DNA of 63,866 bases, filler included, from 5 parts of 5 records of this genome joined end to end with filler, not necessarily neighbours in it; one strand, 5' to 3'. Numbered from the whole stretch's first letter, positions 11,001 through 19,859 are shown. Made by a program: numbers and translations. Notes: generated by a model not told the origin, from the sequence alone.

Positions 11001-11926
11001 ATCTTAAATACTTCAGAGAAATCGGAGTCTCCTAAGTTCATATTTTCTATATTAAAATTTAATTCATCTTTTGATTTGTTTAAATAATTTAGACATTGAA
11101 TAACATCGTGTTTAATTCCGAATATACTTTGATATCTATCTTCAGCAGATTTTGAGATTAATTTTGCAATAATATTAATAATAGTATTGAGAACTATTTT
11201 TTCATTTTCGTTTAATATCTTTAGTTGAATTTTTTCAAGTGAAAGAGAAACCTCACATGCAATATGATTATGTACCATCTCCATAGCATCAACACCATTA
11301 AATGGAATTTCCCCGGTTAGAAGTTCATATAATGAGATACCAAGAGAATAAAAATCACTTCTATAATCAAGACTTCTGTTAATTCTACCTGTTTGCTCAG
11401 GCGACATATAGGCAATAGTTCCTTCAAGTACATTTGGATTTACAATTTCAAGATGTTCTTTTGAAAGTTGAGTAGATATACCGAAGTCAATAATTTTAAC
11501 TTGATTTGCTTCCCTGTTCCATACTATATTTGAAGGGTTAATATCTTTATGTATAATATTTTTTTTATGAATATTTTCTAAACTATTTAATATGCAAATT
11601 AGTAAATTAAGAAAATCATTTAAACTAAGATTATTTCCCAAAATTAATCTGTCTAAAGATTCACCGCCAAAATCCTCCATAATCATATAAATAGACGATT
11701 CATTTGCTGAAAAATCAAGTACTTTGATAATTCCTTCATAATCAAATGAACTAGTTATAGCATACTCACGTTGAAATCTAGCGAAATCCTTTGCATCAGG
11801 GTATTCTTTATTAAATACTTTGACAATAACGTTACTCGAGTCGGCTAAGTTTTTTGCTCTGTAGACCAAGGAATTATGGCCTTTATAAAGTAGTTCATTT
11901 AGTTCATAACCAGTAATATCAATCAT
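5066..11926 (-). CDS. Hybrid multi-sensor kinase: Ser/Thr kinase + P-loop ATPase + helical region + GAF + PAS + HisKA/HATPase + REC + HPt
   Basis: HKDINPSN, DFG, GTIAYMSPEQ; Walker A GYSGVGKS, Walker B IFLDDLQWAD; GAF SLLCLPL...ILYLEN; H-box FLANMSHEIRTPMN; N box NLGNNAVKFT; G boxes DTGIG and GGTGLGL; REC AEDNPINQ...FMDIQLP; HPt VHSLKSSA. Confidence 0.93.
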   Translation of the reverse strand: MIDITGYELNELLYKGHNSLVYRAKNLADSSNVIVKVFNKEYPDAKDFARFQREYAITSSFDYEGIIKVLDFSANESSIYMIMEDFGGESLDRLILGNNLSLNDFLNLLICILNSLENIHKKNIIHKDINPSNIVWNREANQVKIIDFGISTQLSKEHLEIVNPNVLEGTIAYMSPEQTGRINRSLDYRSDFYSLGISLYELLTGEIPFNGVDAMEMVHNHIACEVSLSLEKIQLKILNENEKIVLNTIINIIAKLISKSAEDRYQSIFGIKHDVIQCLNYLNKSKDELNFNIENMNLGDSDFSEVFKIPQKMYGREKEINTLMNSFDKVQKGSRELFLVTGYSGVGKSALINELNKPITEKRGYFLHGKFDQFKKNIPYSAFTSAISELVKYVLSESDTQIRYWRKRIKSELGDNGQIIIDLIPELELLIGKQPSLTKLGLDESRNRFNTTIQNFIRSLGNKKFPTVIFLDDLQWADSASLKLLELTMIDNSVQGLMILGAYRSNEVENTHPLMDTLNKIRTEIERYKEAGIELESDVIHNLMLKPLSRDNILDLASDTLNKPKDFLHEFVELINKKTEGNPFFINQLIQSLYTDGIITLNYEAGCWEYDSELLRAYEMTENVVELMISKIKLISESSQTALKFASVLGNSFDLLTLSTILNKTQADTAVDLWDSLRDGLIEPKDNNYKYITNENHSIPTYAFAHDKIQQAAYLIFDEQDRKQQHLIIGRYILNKLKNNKENISFKELFKEKQDLIFEITGHYNNGKEFIHTKGEMQTLVQLNYYAGLRSLAANAYVPALEFFENAISFDSYDNWEVNYEDTLRLYETTIEAAYFSFEFEKMTKYADLALGKIKSQFDGVRIYEVLMKALHTQQKLNEVIELGTKVLKKFGTNLPAKPKLPNILLEFIKTKFSLKNKTVDELYNLPLMTNQKQLSIARILSGMVTSAYFARPDLAPILSLKLIQLSVKHGNYSNAQVYPFYGLMNLIITNDINTCYEFGELGLRLSKRAEFAESSAQNILMFYAMADHWKNPLKESIDKYEIGYKAAIENGDFEFAGWCLHCPDYSRIMAGQNLNKTYEYMNIHREKIIKFNQNTVLTVFTIVHQALHNLLGKNENPKILKGEFMDEYEVVKDLEGANVRTTLAAIYFWKAVLNYIFEDFDNALTNSEGFEKYADAHAGLASIPFSYYISSLSRLAAYDNATSKNRKKLLKTVNKIQKKIKFLIKHSPENHLHKYHLIKAEIARIKGNHNTAISNYEEALTHAQNSDNRLEEAIAYECYGRFLIQKGNTEIGSNLIKLAFRTYNKLGAQAKVQSLLEKYPFLSFGSSDNIKGTTIIGTQTTHFATQNSVTKTMFTSTETTTTNFLDSFSSTKAFQAISTEIKLETLLIKIMNIVIENAGAELGYLILPNDKNIWSIEVKGSVKNKESEQVERINLLKKDRDIQELTDNPLTLPVSLGVIKYVLRTQETVVLEDAANTGSFTHDAYIANNKCKSLLCLPLLNRGELNGILYLENSLTKGAFTSNRLQILNMLSAQAAISIKNAKLYEKLAISESKYRSIFENANFGIFQTTLDGKPVTVNKAAAKILGYKSESDLKKHIKDISKQVYASEDDRLSFINKITENGKVDNFETTMIRKNGEEIQTLLNAIGDKDSNGNIKYIEGTFEDITKKKMAEKYKIEKEVAEAATQAKSNFLANMSHEIRTPMNAVIGLSELALRTDLDSKQLDYLEKINLSAKGLLGVINDILDYSKIEAGKMSVELIPFELKQVIKTLEISIDVLAKQKGIDLTFDIDNKLPARIIGDSLRLGQVLINLGNNAVKFTENGAVDISIKVINTKEDFADIKFSIKDTGIGMSDEQQEDLFQSFHQVDSTISRKFGGTGLGLAISKKLVDLMGGILEVKSELGKGSDFFFTLSFEVFEEDIKTININTVDENLDDKAGAKILVAEDNPINQQIAKEFLEEMGMTVIIAENGMEAVSKSLYSKFDLIFMDIQLPEIDGLEASRRIRARGDKLPIIAMTAHAMQEDIEKSFDAGMNGHLTKPIDLDKLKETLLNFLPNKVSNKKENISHVSENKDNTTSTKNFKYINLNKGLKNTGNNQQRYDKLLLEFIKINNMLVEKLDKHLLDKEIQEFRREVHSLKSSAELLGMLDLSKKSHQLESLIVKEQNSSLKKELLEFKFIFSETFKELNLINKNISKQKKVTRDSDSSQINSKANKSQNSEFTSELQQLLTLIEAGNSKAEVFINGLEQTAKDFGYSLEWNNLAEAIEDVEFEEAEEILKKILSRVE

Positions 11927-11955
11927 ACTATCATTCCTCTCAAATTTATATATAA

Positions 11956-12882
11956 TTAAATTATCTCTATATTGTTAGATTCAAATCTTCTTTTTATTTT
12001 ATTAAATTTATTTGTATCATATAATTTATTCATTTCTGAGTTGTAAAATTTTTTATTGGTGTTTATATTAAAATTAGATTGTTTACTATTCCAAATAGGA
12101 TTGTTTGGTAGTAATGCTCCTTTAATTATAGCATTTTCTTTATAAAAATCTATTATATTTAGGATATTTTCTTCTGTATCGGTGATATTAGGAATAAGAG
12201 GAGTTCTTGCTAATAATTTAAAATTATGATTTTTTAATAAATTAACTAATTTTATAAAATTACTAAGTATTAATTCATTTGAAACACCGCAGTATTTTTT
12301 ATGCATTTGATTCGAAATAAATTTGATATCAAAATATATTTCATCAAGATAAGGTAAAACTAATTTGGTAAATTTATCAAAATTAAAGTGACCTGAAGTT
12401 TGGAGTAATATATTTATATTCTCTTTTTTAAACAAATAAAGTAGTTCTGATAAATATTCGGGATAAAGAGTAGCCTCTCCGCCGGAGATTGTAACTCCGC
12501 CATTGGAAGTTTTATAAAATCTAAAATAGGGCCTTAATTTTTCTATTAATTCAATTGGTTCAATATAATCTCCTGATTTTGACAAGGCTTTTGTTGGACA
12601 AGAATGTGTACATTTAAAACAAAGAGAGCACTTATCTCTATTAAGTTTAATTTGATCGTTAAAACTTAAAGCATTATTTTTGCAAATACTTATGCATTCC
12701 CCGCAATTTATGCATATATCATGTTCAAAACTCAAAGCTGGTTTTGGGCACTTACTTTCCGGGTTGTGGCACCAAAAACAATCTAAAGGGCAGCCCTTAA
12801 GGAAAATGACCGAGCGAATGCCCGGCCCATCTTCAAGTGAATTACCCTTTATATCAAAAATTACTGGTTTATTATAATGCAA
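11956..12882 (-). CDS. Glycyl-radical enzyme activating enzyme (radical SAM, with 2x[4Fe-4S] ferredoxin insert)
   Basis: DGPGIRSVIFLKGCPLDCFWCHNPES (CxxxCxxC); inserts CINCGECISIC and CSLCFKCTHSCP; GGVTISGGE; TTG start overlaps the GRE stop. Confidence 0.92.
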   Translation of the reverse strand: MHYNKPVIFDIKGNSLEDGPGIRSVIFLKGCPLDCFWCHNPESKCPKPALSFEHDICINCGECISICKNNALSFNDQIKLNRDKCSLCFKCTHSCPTKALSKSGDYIEPIELIEKLRPYFRFYKTSNGGVTISGGEATLYPEYLSELLYLFKKENINILLQTSGHFNFDKFTKLVLPYLDEIYFDIKFISNQMHKKYCGVSNELILSNFIKLVNLLKNHNFKLLARTPLIPNITDTEENILNIIDFYKENAIIKGALLPNNPIWNSKQSNFNINTNKKFYNSEMNKLYDTNKFNKIKRRFESNNIEII

Positions 12883-15800
12883 ATTCTGCTCTCTTCAGAA
12901 TTTCTAGCTGAAGTTCAGTATGTAATCTGGCAAAATATCCAGTGTACCCGGAAATTCTAACTATTAAATCTTGATAGTTTTCTGGATTTGCCATAGCATC
13001 TTTTAAAGTATCTGCATCAACCATATTTAGCTGAACCTGCATTCCTCCGGCTTTAAAATATGTATCCAGATAATCAGTTACTCTCTGAATATTTTCTTTA
13101 TATGAGTTATGCTTAGAGAATGATAATCTAACGTTAAATGCAAAATTGTTTTCACATTTAGTTGAATCAAGAGCAGCAACATCGAGTAAATTATCCATAA
13201 TATTTTTAGTTGCAGTTGGACTTGGAGTTAAACCGGGAGTAAATGGTTCCTTTGCTCTTCTTCCTGAAGGGCAAGCATCAGAAACCATACCATATACCAT
13301 ATGATTACTAGCTGATTTATACCCGGCAGTGTACTTACCTCCTCTTCCAGTAGCTTTTGAATGGAAGTAATTTCCAATCATATTAGTGACCTTTTCTGCC
13401 ATTTTGTTAGCTTCAGCATCTCCAGAACCAAATTTTGGAACTGTGTGTCTGATAGTTGAGAAGATCTTTCTATGTCTATGCATAATTTCCTCTTTATTCT
13501 CAAAAGTATCATCAACATTTTCTCCGAAATTACTGTCGATGGCCTCTTTTAAATCTTGGAAAGAGTATGCCTTTGATTCGAAAACTATTTTTTTGATAAC
13601 AAGTAATGAATCAATAACATCAGAAAGCCCGATAATAGCAGCTCCTGCTGAGTTATATTTTGCTCCTCCGTCTAACATTCCTTCACCATTTTTAATACAT
13701 CCGTCTAATAAAGCAGAATAAAGTGGTGCAGGCATAACAGTTTTTTGAGCATTAAGAATTTGCTGAGAGCCGAACTCAATGAAATTATCAAAAATAAACT
13801 CAAATTGAGCCACAAAATATTTATAAAATTCATTAAAACTATTATATCCAAAGTCAGGGTCCAGAGGATTATAGTTATTAAACTCTGGTCCAAATTGTAC
13901 ATCTAATGTCTGCTTCCATTTAGGGTGATTACCATTATTTAGTGCCATTTCAAGAGGGACAACTAAATTACTATCCAGATCACCAGATGCAGCAAAATGT
14001 TTACCTTGCATAACAGGTTCAGTACAACCGCATGAAACCCAATTTCTAATATCTTCTATATCCCAATGTGGATTATTCTCACTCCATCCCCTTATTACTT
14101 CGTAATCATTGTGAATGGCAGGAGTACCACTAGTCAGATAATTAACTTCAACTGATCTTTCTAAAAAAGACCTACTGTTGATTCCGGGATAATATCTAAC
14201 ATCAATATCAGGATTATCAACACAGAACATCTCAGTTGCTTTTAGAATAATATATGACATATCATTTACTGCATCTTTTCCATCAGGAGTAACTCCTCCC
14301 AGTACTAATGCAGTAGCTGTAGGAGCACCAGAACTATGCCAAGCCATTCTTGTATTAATAGTAACTCTGTGACTGTTAAGTCTCATAAATAAGCAACCAA
14401 CTATTTCTAATACCTCTTTTATATAATCATCTCTATCGTGTAAAGTGGCTTTTCCTCTCATCTCTTTTTCAAAGAATGGTTGTAATATTTGATCCACTCT
14501 ACCAATAGACATGTTATCATTCATAGTATCTATACCAATACTTAGGAACATTAACCATATAATTTGAACAGCTTCATGTAGCGTTTTAGCCGGTTCATCA
14601 GGAATTCTTGTTAACATCTCATGGATTTTTTCAAGTTCAGCTTTTCTTTCGATTGTTTTAGCATCTGATATTTGATCTTTAACTTCAGTTGCAAGCCTTC
14701 TTGCATAGATAGAGATAGCATCTAAACTAATTTCCATAGCTTCAAGATTTATTAATTTTCTAGTTTTGTTTTCATCTGCCATTAACAAGTCATTGCTAAT
14801 TCTCTCTCTTGCTTCATAAATATCTTCTCTTAGTCCGTTAAGACCTCTTTTAACTATGTCAGCGAAACCAGGACAACCGGGATTAAGGGAAATTAACCCC
14901 CAAGGAATTACGAAGAATTTTCTATTATAAACATTAACTGCTGTTTTATAACTCTCATCATATTCATAATTTTCAAGATTTGATTTCCATACAGCTTCTA
15001 TATTTTTATCCATCCAAAATGGAAATACTTCTTCATGCAAAATTTCTTTTGTTTTTTCTGAAATATTAAAGGGTTCTTCTTCTCTTTCACCAATTATATT
15101 TAGATCTCCCCAAACTCTCCAACCAATTGTATTAGGTTGAACAATACCTCCGTAAACAGGATTTGGTGTCATTGTCCCTGCTAACAGATCATTCTCTCTA
15201 ATAACAGGTTCTTTTCTACTCATGATATATTTAAAGGCTTCAGCTGATCTTAGCATAGGATTCCAATCAGTTCCGTCATTTTTCTTTTCGTAACCGTTAT
15301 CAATATGGAAATCAGTTAATAGTTTACATTGTTCTACTGTAACTTCCGGTGTAGCATTAAGATAAGCTTCTTTAAAATCATTTAATCTTTCGAAATCTTC
15401 AAGAGAATATTCAGTTAAATATCTTCTATCAGTTAAATGCTTTACACCCGGATCTTCATTATCCGCCTTTTTCTTCTCTTCTAATCTATCAGCTCTCATA
15501 TCACTATCAGCTTTACCTGAATAATATGCAAGATCAAATTTTTCTTTTTTATTTTTTGCTCTCATTGTTTCAATATTTTTAATTTTTTCCTCATGATATA
15601 TCAAACTCAATAAAAAGTTAAAATACCCGAAGTGAGCAGAATTTCTTTCAACAACCATTTGCGATTTAATTACTAATTCAAGCTCTTGATTAAGTTCCGC
15701 GTTCATAAATTTTTTCATTTGCTCTTCAGAACCGAATAATACAACTGAACAGTTTTGTCCAAAATCATCTTCAAACTCTTCAATAATACTCACAGTACCA

Positions 15801-16009
15801 TTTTCAATTTTAACTAAAATATTTAAATAATTATCTTTAGTTGTAATAATAACATTTGAATTGATAAAACCTTGTTTACCTTTTAGATAACTTCTAAAAT
15901 CCCCTTCTAATCTCTTTTTGATATAATACAATTCAAGTAGTAACTTTTCTTTCGTTGACTCTGTAGCTTGCATATTACTGATTCTTAGTAGATCAAACAT
16001 TATTTCCAT
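12872..16009 (-). CDS. Glycyl radical enzyme (non-PFL, single-Cys loop) with ~200-aa N-terminal extension; substrate unknown
   Basis: Cys loop SCGCTEP (Cys662); Gly loop LIVRISGY (Gly1021); SIGRVDQ, GLSDVIDSL, PKFG and GGMQVQLN barrel motifs; adjacent activase. Confidence 0.92.
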   Translation of the reverse strand: MEIMFDLLRISNMQATESTKEKLLLELYYIKKRLEGDFRSYLKGKQGFINSNVIITTKDNYLNILVKIENGTVSIIEEFEDDFGQNCSVVLFGSEEQMKKFMNAELNQELELVIKSQMVVERNSAHFGYFNFLLSLIYHEEKIKNIETMRAKNKKEKFDLAYYSGKADSDMRADRLEEKKKADNEDPGVKHLTDRRYLTEYSLEDFERLNDFKEAYLNATPEVTVEQCKLLTDFHIDNGYEKKNDGTDWNPMLRSAEAFKYIMSRKEPVIRENDLLAGTMTPNPVYGGIVQPNTIGWRVWGDLNIIGEREEEPFNISEKTKEILHEEVFPFWMDKNIEAVWKSNLENYEYDESYKTAVNVYNRKFFVIPWGLISLNPGCPGFADIVKRGLNGLREDIYEARERISNDLLMADENKTRKLINLEAMEISLDAISIYARRLATEVKDQISDAKTIERKAELEKIHEMLTRIPDEPAKTLHEAVQIIWLMFLSIGIDTMNDNMSIGRVDQILQPFFEKEMRGKATLHDRDDYIKEVLEIVGCLFMRLNSHRVTINTRMAWHSSGAPTATALVLGGVTPDGKDAVNDMSYIILKATEMFCVDNPDIDVRYYPGINSRSFLERSVEVNYLTSGTPAIHNDYEVIRGWSENNPHWDIEDIRNWVSCGCTEPVMQGKHFAASGDLDSNLVVPLEMALNNGNHPKWKQTLDVQFGPEFNNYNPLDPDFGYNSFNEFYKYFVAQFEFIFDNFIEFGSQQILNAQKTVMPAPLYSALLDGCIKNGEGMLDGGAKYNSAGAAIIGLSDVIDSLLVIKKIVFESKAYSFQDLKEAIDSNFGENVDDTFENKEEIMHRHRKIFSTIRHTVPKFGSGDAEANKMAEKVTNMIGNYFHSKATGRGGKYTAGYKSASNHMVYGMVSDACPSGRRAKEPFTPGLTPSPTATKNIMDNLLDVAALDSTKCENNFAFNVRLSFSKHNSYKENIQRVTDYLDTYFKAGGMQVQLNMVDADTLKDAMANPENYQDLIVRISGYTGYFARLHTELQLEILKRAEFAL

Positions 16010-16402
16010 TAAATCACCCCTTATTTTATTTGTAATATGTCAGATTAACTAATATCTAGCTAAATATACCATGAGTATTAACATGTTGAGATATTACAAT
16101 TCAATTTTATAATACTAAGGTTGAATAAAAGTTGGAAATTAAATTTTTTTAAAAAACAGATGTCATTTTTTAAAATGAATCGTAGAAAATCAAGTTTTGA
16201 TCAAATGACTTTTGTATTATGTCAATCGTGTTATTTTTTTAAAGTATATGTAAATGACACCGAAAAAGAATTACTAATTGTGAAAAAATCACTTGTATTT
16301 ATGAATGATATATGATATTCTATAGCTTGTGATTCCAAAATAGGAATTCGTTTCAGAAAAAAGACAAAGAGATAAAGGAAAAGAGAGTAGAGGTTGAGGA
16401 AA

Positions 16403-18187
16403 ATGAAGGTAAGAGGAAAAATTGTCACAGGAATAACAGCGATGCTTGTCTCAATATTGATAATGGGAAGTGTTACTCTGTTTAATTTGAAAAAGATTAA
16501 ACATGAATTAAACTATATTACAAACAGAAATTTCCCGTTAACTAAGTTAGTATTTAAAGTTACAGAAAATCAATATGAGCAAGAAGTCATCTTTGAGAAA
16601 ATGATAAGAGCAAAAGAGAAAAATGAAGTTTATGTCTTGGATAAGGAAAGAACAAAATTTAACATGTTTTCTAAAAAAATTACAGGAAATTTTACTGAGA
16701 TCAGAGAAATGTTAAATGAATATTATGAAGTAGTTAGCTCAAAACAATTAGAAGAAAATCTAAATAAATTTTATAATAAATTAGAGCAAATAAATGGAAT
16801 GCATAAAAAGTATGAAATAGAGATAAATACTTTGCTACAACTGGAAAACATAAACGGTAGGTTTAATGAAAAATATGCAGAGATAGAATCAATTCAAAAG
16901 AAATTGAATAGTTCAGGTAAAATATTGATTTCTGAAATAGAGGAGTTTACAGAAAATAGTGTACATAAGGTTGAAAGCTTGGAACTTACTACAATATCAA
17001 TTTTATTAATAGCTTTTGTAGCAAATATAGTAATTGGAATTATTACAGGACTTGTATTAAGCAGATCAATATCAAGACCAATTCAGCATTTAGTTGAAGT
17101 ATTTAAAAGAGGAGCAAATGGCGATCTTACTGCTAAATCAGAAATTAAATCAAAAGATGAGTTTGGATATTTAAGCGAAAATTTTAATGGATTTGTTGAT
17201 AAACTAAAGAATCTATTATGTGATATTAGATCAACATCCAATGTTGTTGCGAAAACAAGTGATGAACTTGCCTCAACAATAATAAATGTTACGACTGGAA
17301 ATGAAAATGGTGAATATGATGATATGGAATTAAAAGTTCTGCATGGTATAAATCATCTAAAGGATCACATAGAGGATATTTTATGTAATATTAAACAACA
17401 AACTTCAAGTTCTGAAGAGGCACTTGCAAGTTTACAAGAGATAGTAGTAAATGGAGCAGATGTTAATCATAATGCAAGAGAAACACTGGCTACATCAAAA
17501 ATCGCAGTGGAAGCAGGGAATAAAAGTGCTGAAGATGCATTAAGCATGAAAACAGAGATGAACAAAATAGATTCAAGTGTTGATTACGTCTGTGAAAAAG
17601 TAGAAGCTTTAACAGATATTTCTAAAAAAATAGGAAGTGTAACAGAAGTTATTAACTCAATATCTGAGCAAACAAATTTACTAGCTTTAAATGCTGCTAT
17701 AGAGGCAGCAAGAGCAGGTGAGCATGGAAAAGGATTCTCAGTTGTAGCTGAAGAGATTAGATCACTAGCTGAGAAAACAAGCTCGGAGACTAAAAAAATA
17801 GCTGAATTTATATCTTCTATCCAAAGTGAAGTACAGGAAGTAGAGAATGCAAGTAATGAAGTATCAAAAACTGTAAAAACAGGGATAGAGATGACTGATG
17901 CAGTTAAAGAAAGAATAGAAGAATTTATTAAGATAACAAATAAAAATAATGAATATATAGCACATATAACAAGATTAGTTGAAGAGGAAGCGCAAGCAAC
18001 AGAGGATATCTCCAGTGCAGTAGAAAATATTACAAATAATTCCGGTGATATAGAGAATCTTTCAACTCAAACAAATGAGATAGCTGAAAATATTCATGAA
18101 GTATTACACGGAAGATTAGACGATGTAGAGACATTGATTTCTTCAACTAGAAGTCTTGAAAATGAAATTAAAAAATTTAGAATGTAA
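16403..18187 (+). CDS. Methyl-accepting chemotaxis protein (helical-bundle sensor, HAMP, signalling domain)
   Basis: Two TM segments; [48 protein letters not shown] 16403 or TTG 16394. Confidence 0.92.
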   Translation: MKVRGKIVTGITAMLVSILIMGSVTLFNLKKIKHELNYITNRNFPLTKLVFKVTENQYEQEVIFEKMIRAKEKNEVYVLDKERTKFNMFSKKITGNFTEIREMLNEYYEVVSSKQLEENLNKFYNKLEQINGMHKKYEIEINTLLQLENINGRFNEKYAEIESIQKKLNSSGKILISEIEEFTENSVHKVESLELTTISILLIAFVANIVIGIITGLVLSRSISRPIQHLVEVFKRGANGDLTAKSEIKSKDEFGYLSENFNGFVDKLKNLLCDIRSTSNVVAKTSDELASTIINVTTGNENGEYDDMELKVLHGINHLKDHIEDILCNIKQQTSSSEEALASLQEIVVNGADVNHNARETLATSKIAVEAGNKSAEDALSMKTEMNKIDSSVDYVCEKVEALTDISKKIGSVTEVINSISEQTNLLALNAAIEAARAGEHGKGFSVVAEEIRSLAEKTSSETKKIAEFISSIQSEVQEVENASNEVSKTVKTGIEMTDAVKERIEEFIKITNKNNEYIAHITRLVEEEAQATEDISSAVENITNNSGDIENLSTQTNEIAENIHEVLHGRLDDVETLISSTRSLENEIKKFRM

Positions 18188-18194
18188 CTTATTA

Positions 18195-18222
18195 AAAAAT
18201 GCCCTTATTATGAGGGCATTTT
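18195..18222 (+). terminator. Intrinsic terminator
   Basis: AAAATGCCCT...AGGGCATTTT hairpin. Confidence 0.65.
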
Positions 18223-18300
18223 AAATTAGCTAAAGTTTTTTTGAAATTTATAAATTTTGGGATATAATATTATATATAAGAAATTTTAGGGGTGATAAAA

Positions 18301-18486
18301 ATGAGAGAATTAAATCCAAAAGATGTAAGCTTGGCACAGAGAAGTTTTGGACTAGCATTAGCAGTTGTTTTACTTTTTTCATTTACCAGAATAATTCTTA
18401 AATTGCTAATTCCGGTTTTAGTTTTAACAATAGTAATTTTTCTGGTTTTAAAGTTTGTATATAGAAGTGATAAGTTTAAATCTTAG
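18301..18486 (+). CDS. Small two-TM membrane protein
   Basis: Hydrophobic ORF with GGGGTG RBS, followed by hairpin AAAATACCGGT...ATCGGTATTTT. Confidence 0.55.
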   Translation: MRELNPKDVSLAQRSFGLALAVVLLFSFTRIILKLLIPVLVLTIVIFLVLKFVYRSDKFKS

Positions 18487-18640
18487 TTTAAAAATACCGG
18501 TGCTTATCGGTATTTTTATTTTGCTTTTATATAGAATACTATATATAAATTAGAAAATATTTTTTTACACAATTTTAACACTGAAAAAGTTAATTTTATG
18601 TTAAAATATTAATAAAAATGTAATTTGGATCGGTGATAGT

Positions 18641-19687
18641 ATGAACTCACAAAATGAATTGAAGGGCTTATATAAAGTACCTGGAACCTTAATTTATACT
18701 GGTAATAATAAATGGTCTGGTCACGAAATTATTCTCATTCAATACAATAAAAATAATTATGAAATAAATAGGCTTGAAAGTATAGAAAATATAGAGTTAA
18801 AAGATGATATGATTAACTGGCTGGTAATAAGAGGTATTGAAAAAGAAGAGTTAATTAGACAAGTAGGAGATCAGTTTAATATTCATAATATGGTTCTTGA
18901 AGATATAGTAGAATTTTCTGAAGATTGTAAAGTAGATTTTTATGGTGATTTTGATTTCTACTCACTTAATATGTTGAATGTTTATGAAAACATAGATAGG
19001 ATCATTTCTGAAAAAGTTAGTATAATTAAAATGCCTAATTTAGTAATATCATTTCATGAATCAAGTAGCTTAGCAATAAACAGACTGACAAAAAGACTAG
19101 AGAGAAGTCAGGGATATATTAGAAAAATGAATGAAGATTATTTGGTTTTTGCAATTATTGATTATCTAATGGATAGTTATTTGCAAGAATTTAGTAAGTT
19201 AACTGATAGAATATTTAAATTCGAAGAAAAACTTTTAAACGGTAATCAGGATAAATTTTTATTAAGAAATATATTTAATCTAAAAAAACAGGTATCAGAT
19301 TTGAGACGTTTCACTATTCAGCTAAAAGAGATGACGAAATCAATGCATTCATACAAACCAAACAAAGCGATGATACCATTTTATAAAGATTTACGAAGTA
19401 AAAGTACAAAACTTCAAGGTATGGCTGAAGGTTATAAAGATGACGTATCAACTCTCATTGAACTTAAATTCTCTCTCTCAAACGATAGCATGAATCAGGT
19501 TATGAAAACTTTGACGATGATTTCAACCATATTTATTCCTTTAAGTTTTCTGACGGGTTTTTATGGTATGAACTTTAGATATATGCCGGAATTAGGCTAT
19601 AAATTAAGTTATCCGATTTTGATATTTTTAATGCTAGTGATAGCTGTAAGTATGTTGAGATATTTTAAAAATAAAAAATGGTTTTAG
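18641..19687 (+). CDS. corA: Magnesium/cobalt transporter CorA
   Basis: PGTLIYTG N-terminus; MNQVMKTLT...YGMNF...MPEL signature with two C-terminal TM segments. Confidence 0.92.
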   Translation: MNSQNELKGLYKVPGTLIYTGNNKWSGHEIILIQYNKNNYEINRLESIENIELKDDMINWLVIRGIEKEELIRQVGDQFNIHNMVLEDIVEFSEDCKVDFYGDFDFYSLNMLNVYENIDRIISEKVSIIKMPNLVISFHESSSLAINRLTKRLERSQGYIRKMNEDYLVFAIIDYLMDSYLQEFSKLTDRIFKFEEKLLNGNQDKFLLRNIFNLKKQVSDLRRFTIQLKEMTKSMHSYKPNKAMIPFYKDLRSKSTKLQGMAEGYKDDVSTLIELKFSLSNDSMNQVMKTLTMISTIFIPLSFLTGFYGMNFRYMPELGYKLSYPILIFLMLVIAVSMLRYFKNKKWF

Positions 19688-19759
19688 TAAAAAAATCAGG
19701 AAAATTAATTCCTGATTTTTTTATATTAGTTCTTCAATTATAATGAATGTTGTAAATCT

Positions 19760-19859
19760 NNNNNNNNNNNNNNNNNNNNNNNNNNNNNNNNNNNNNNNNN
19801 NNNTTAATTAATTAANNNNNNNNNNNNNNNNNNNNNNNNNNNNNNNNNNNNNNNNNNNN
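19760..19859. other. Artificial contig spacer
   Basis: 44 N + TTAATTAATTAA (stops in all six frames) + 44 N. Confidence 0.98.

Noticed and set aside
12872-16009. Calling the GRE pflB, cutC or hypD
   Set aside because: No adjacent CC pair, a GCTE loop, an extra N-terminal domain and none of the expected partner genes.
16278-16295. TTGTGAAAAAATCACTT, resembling a Rex or Crp operator between the GRE and MCP genes
   Set aside because: Spacing is one base off the Rex consensus and the right half is weak; easily arises by chance in AT-rich DNA.
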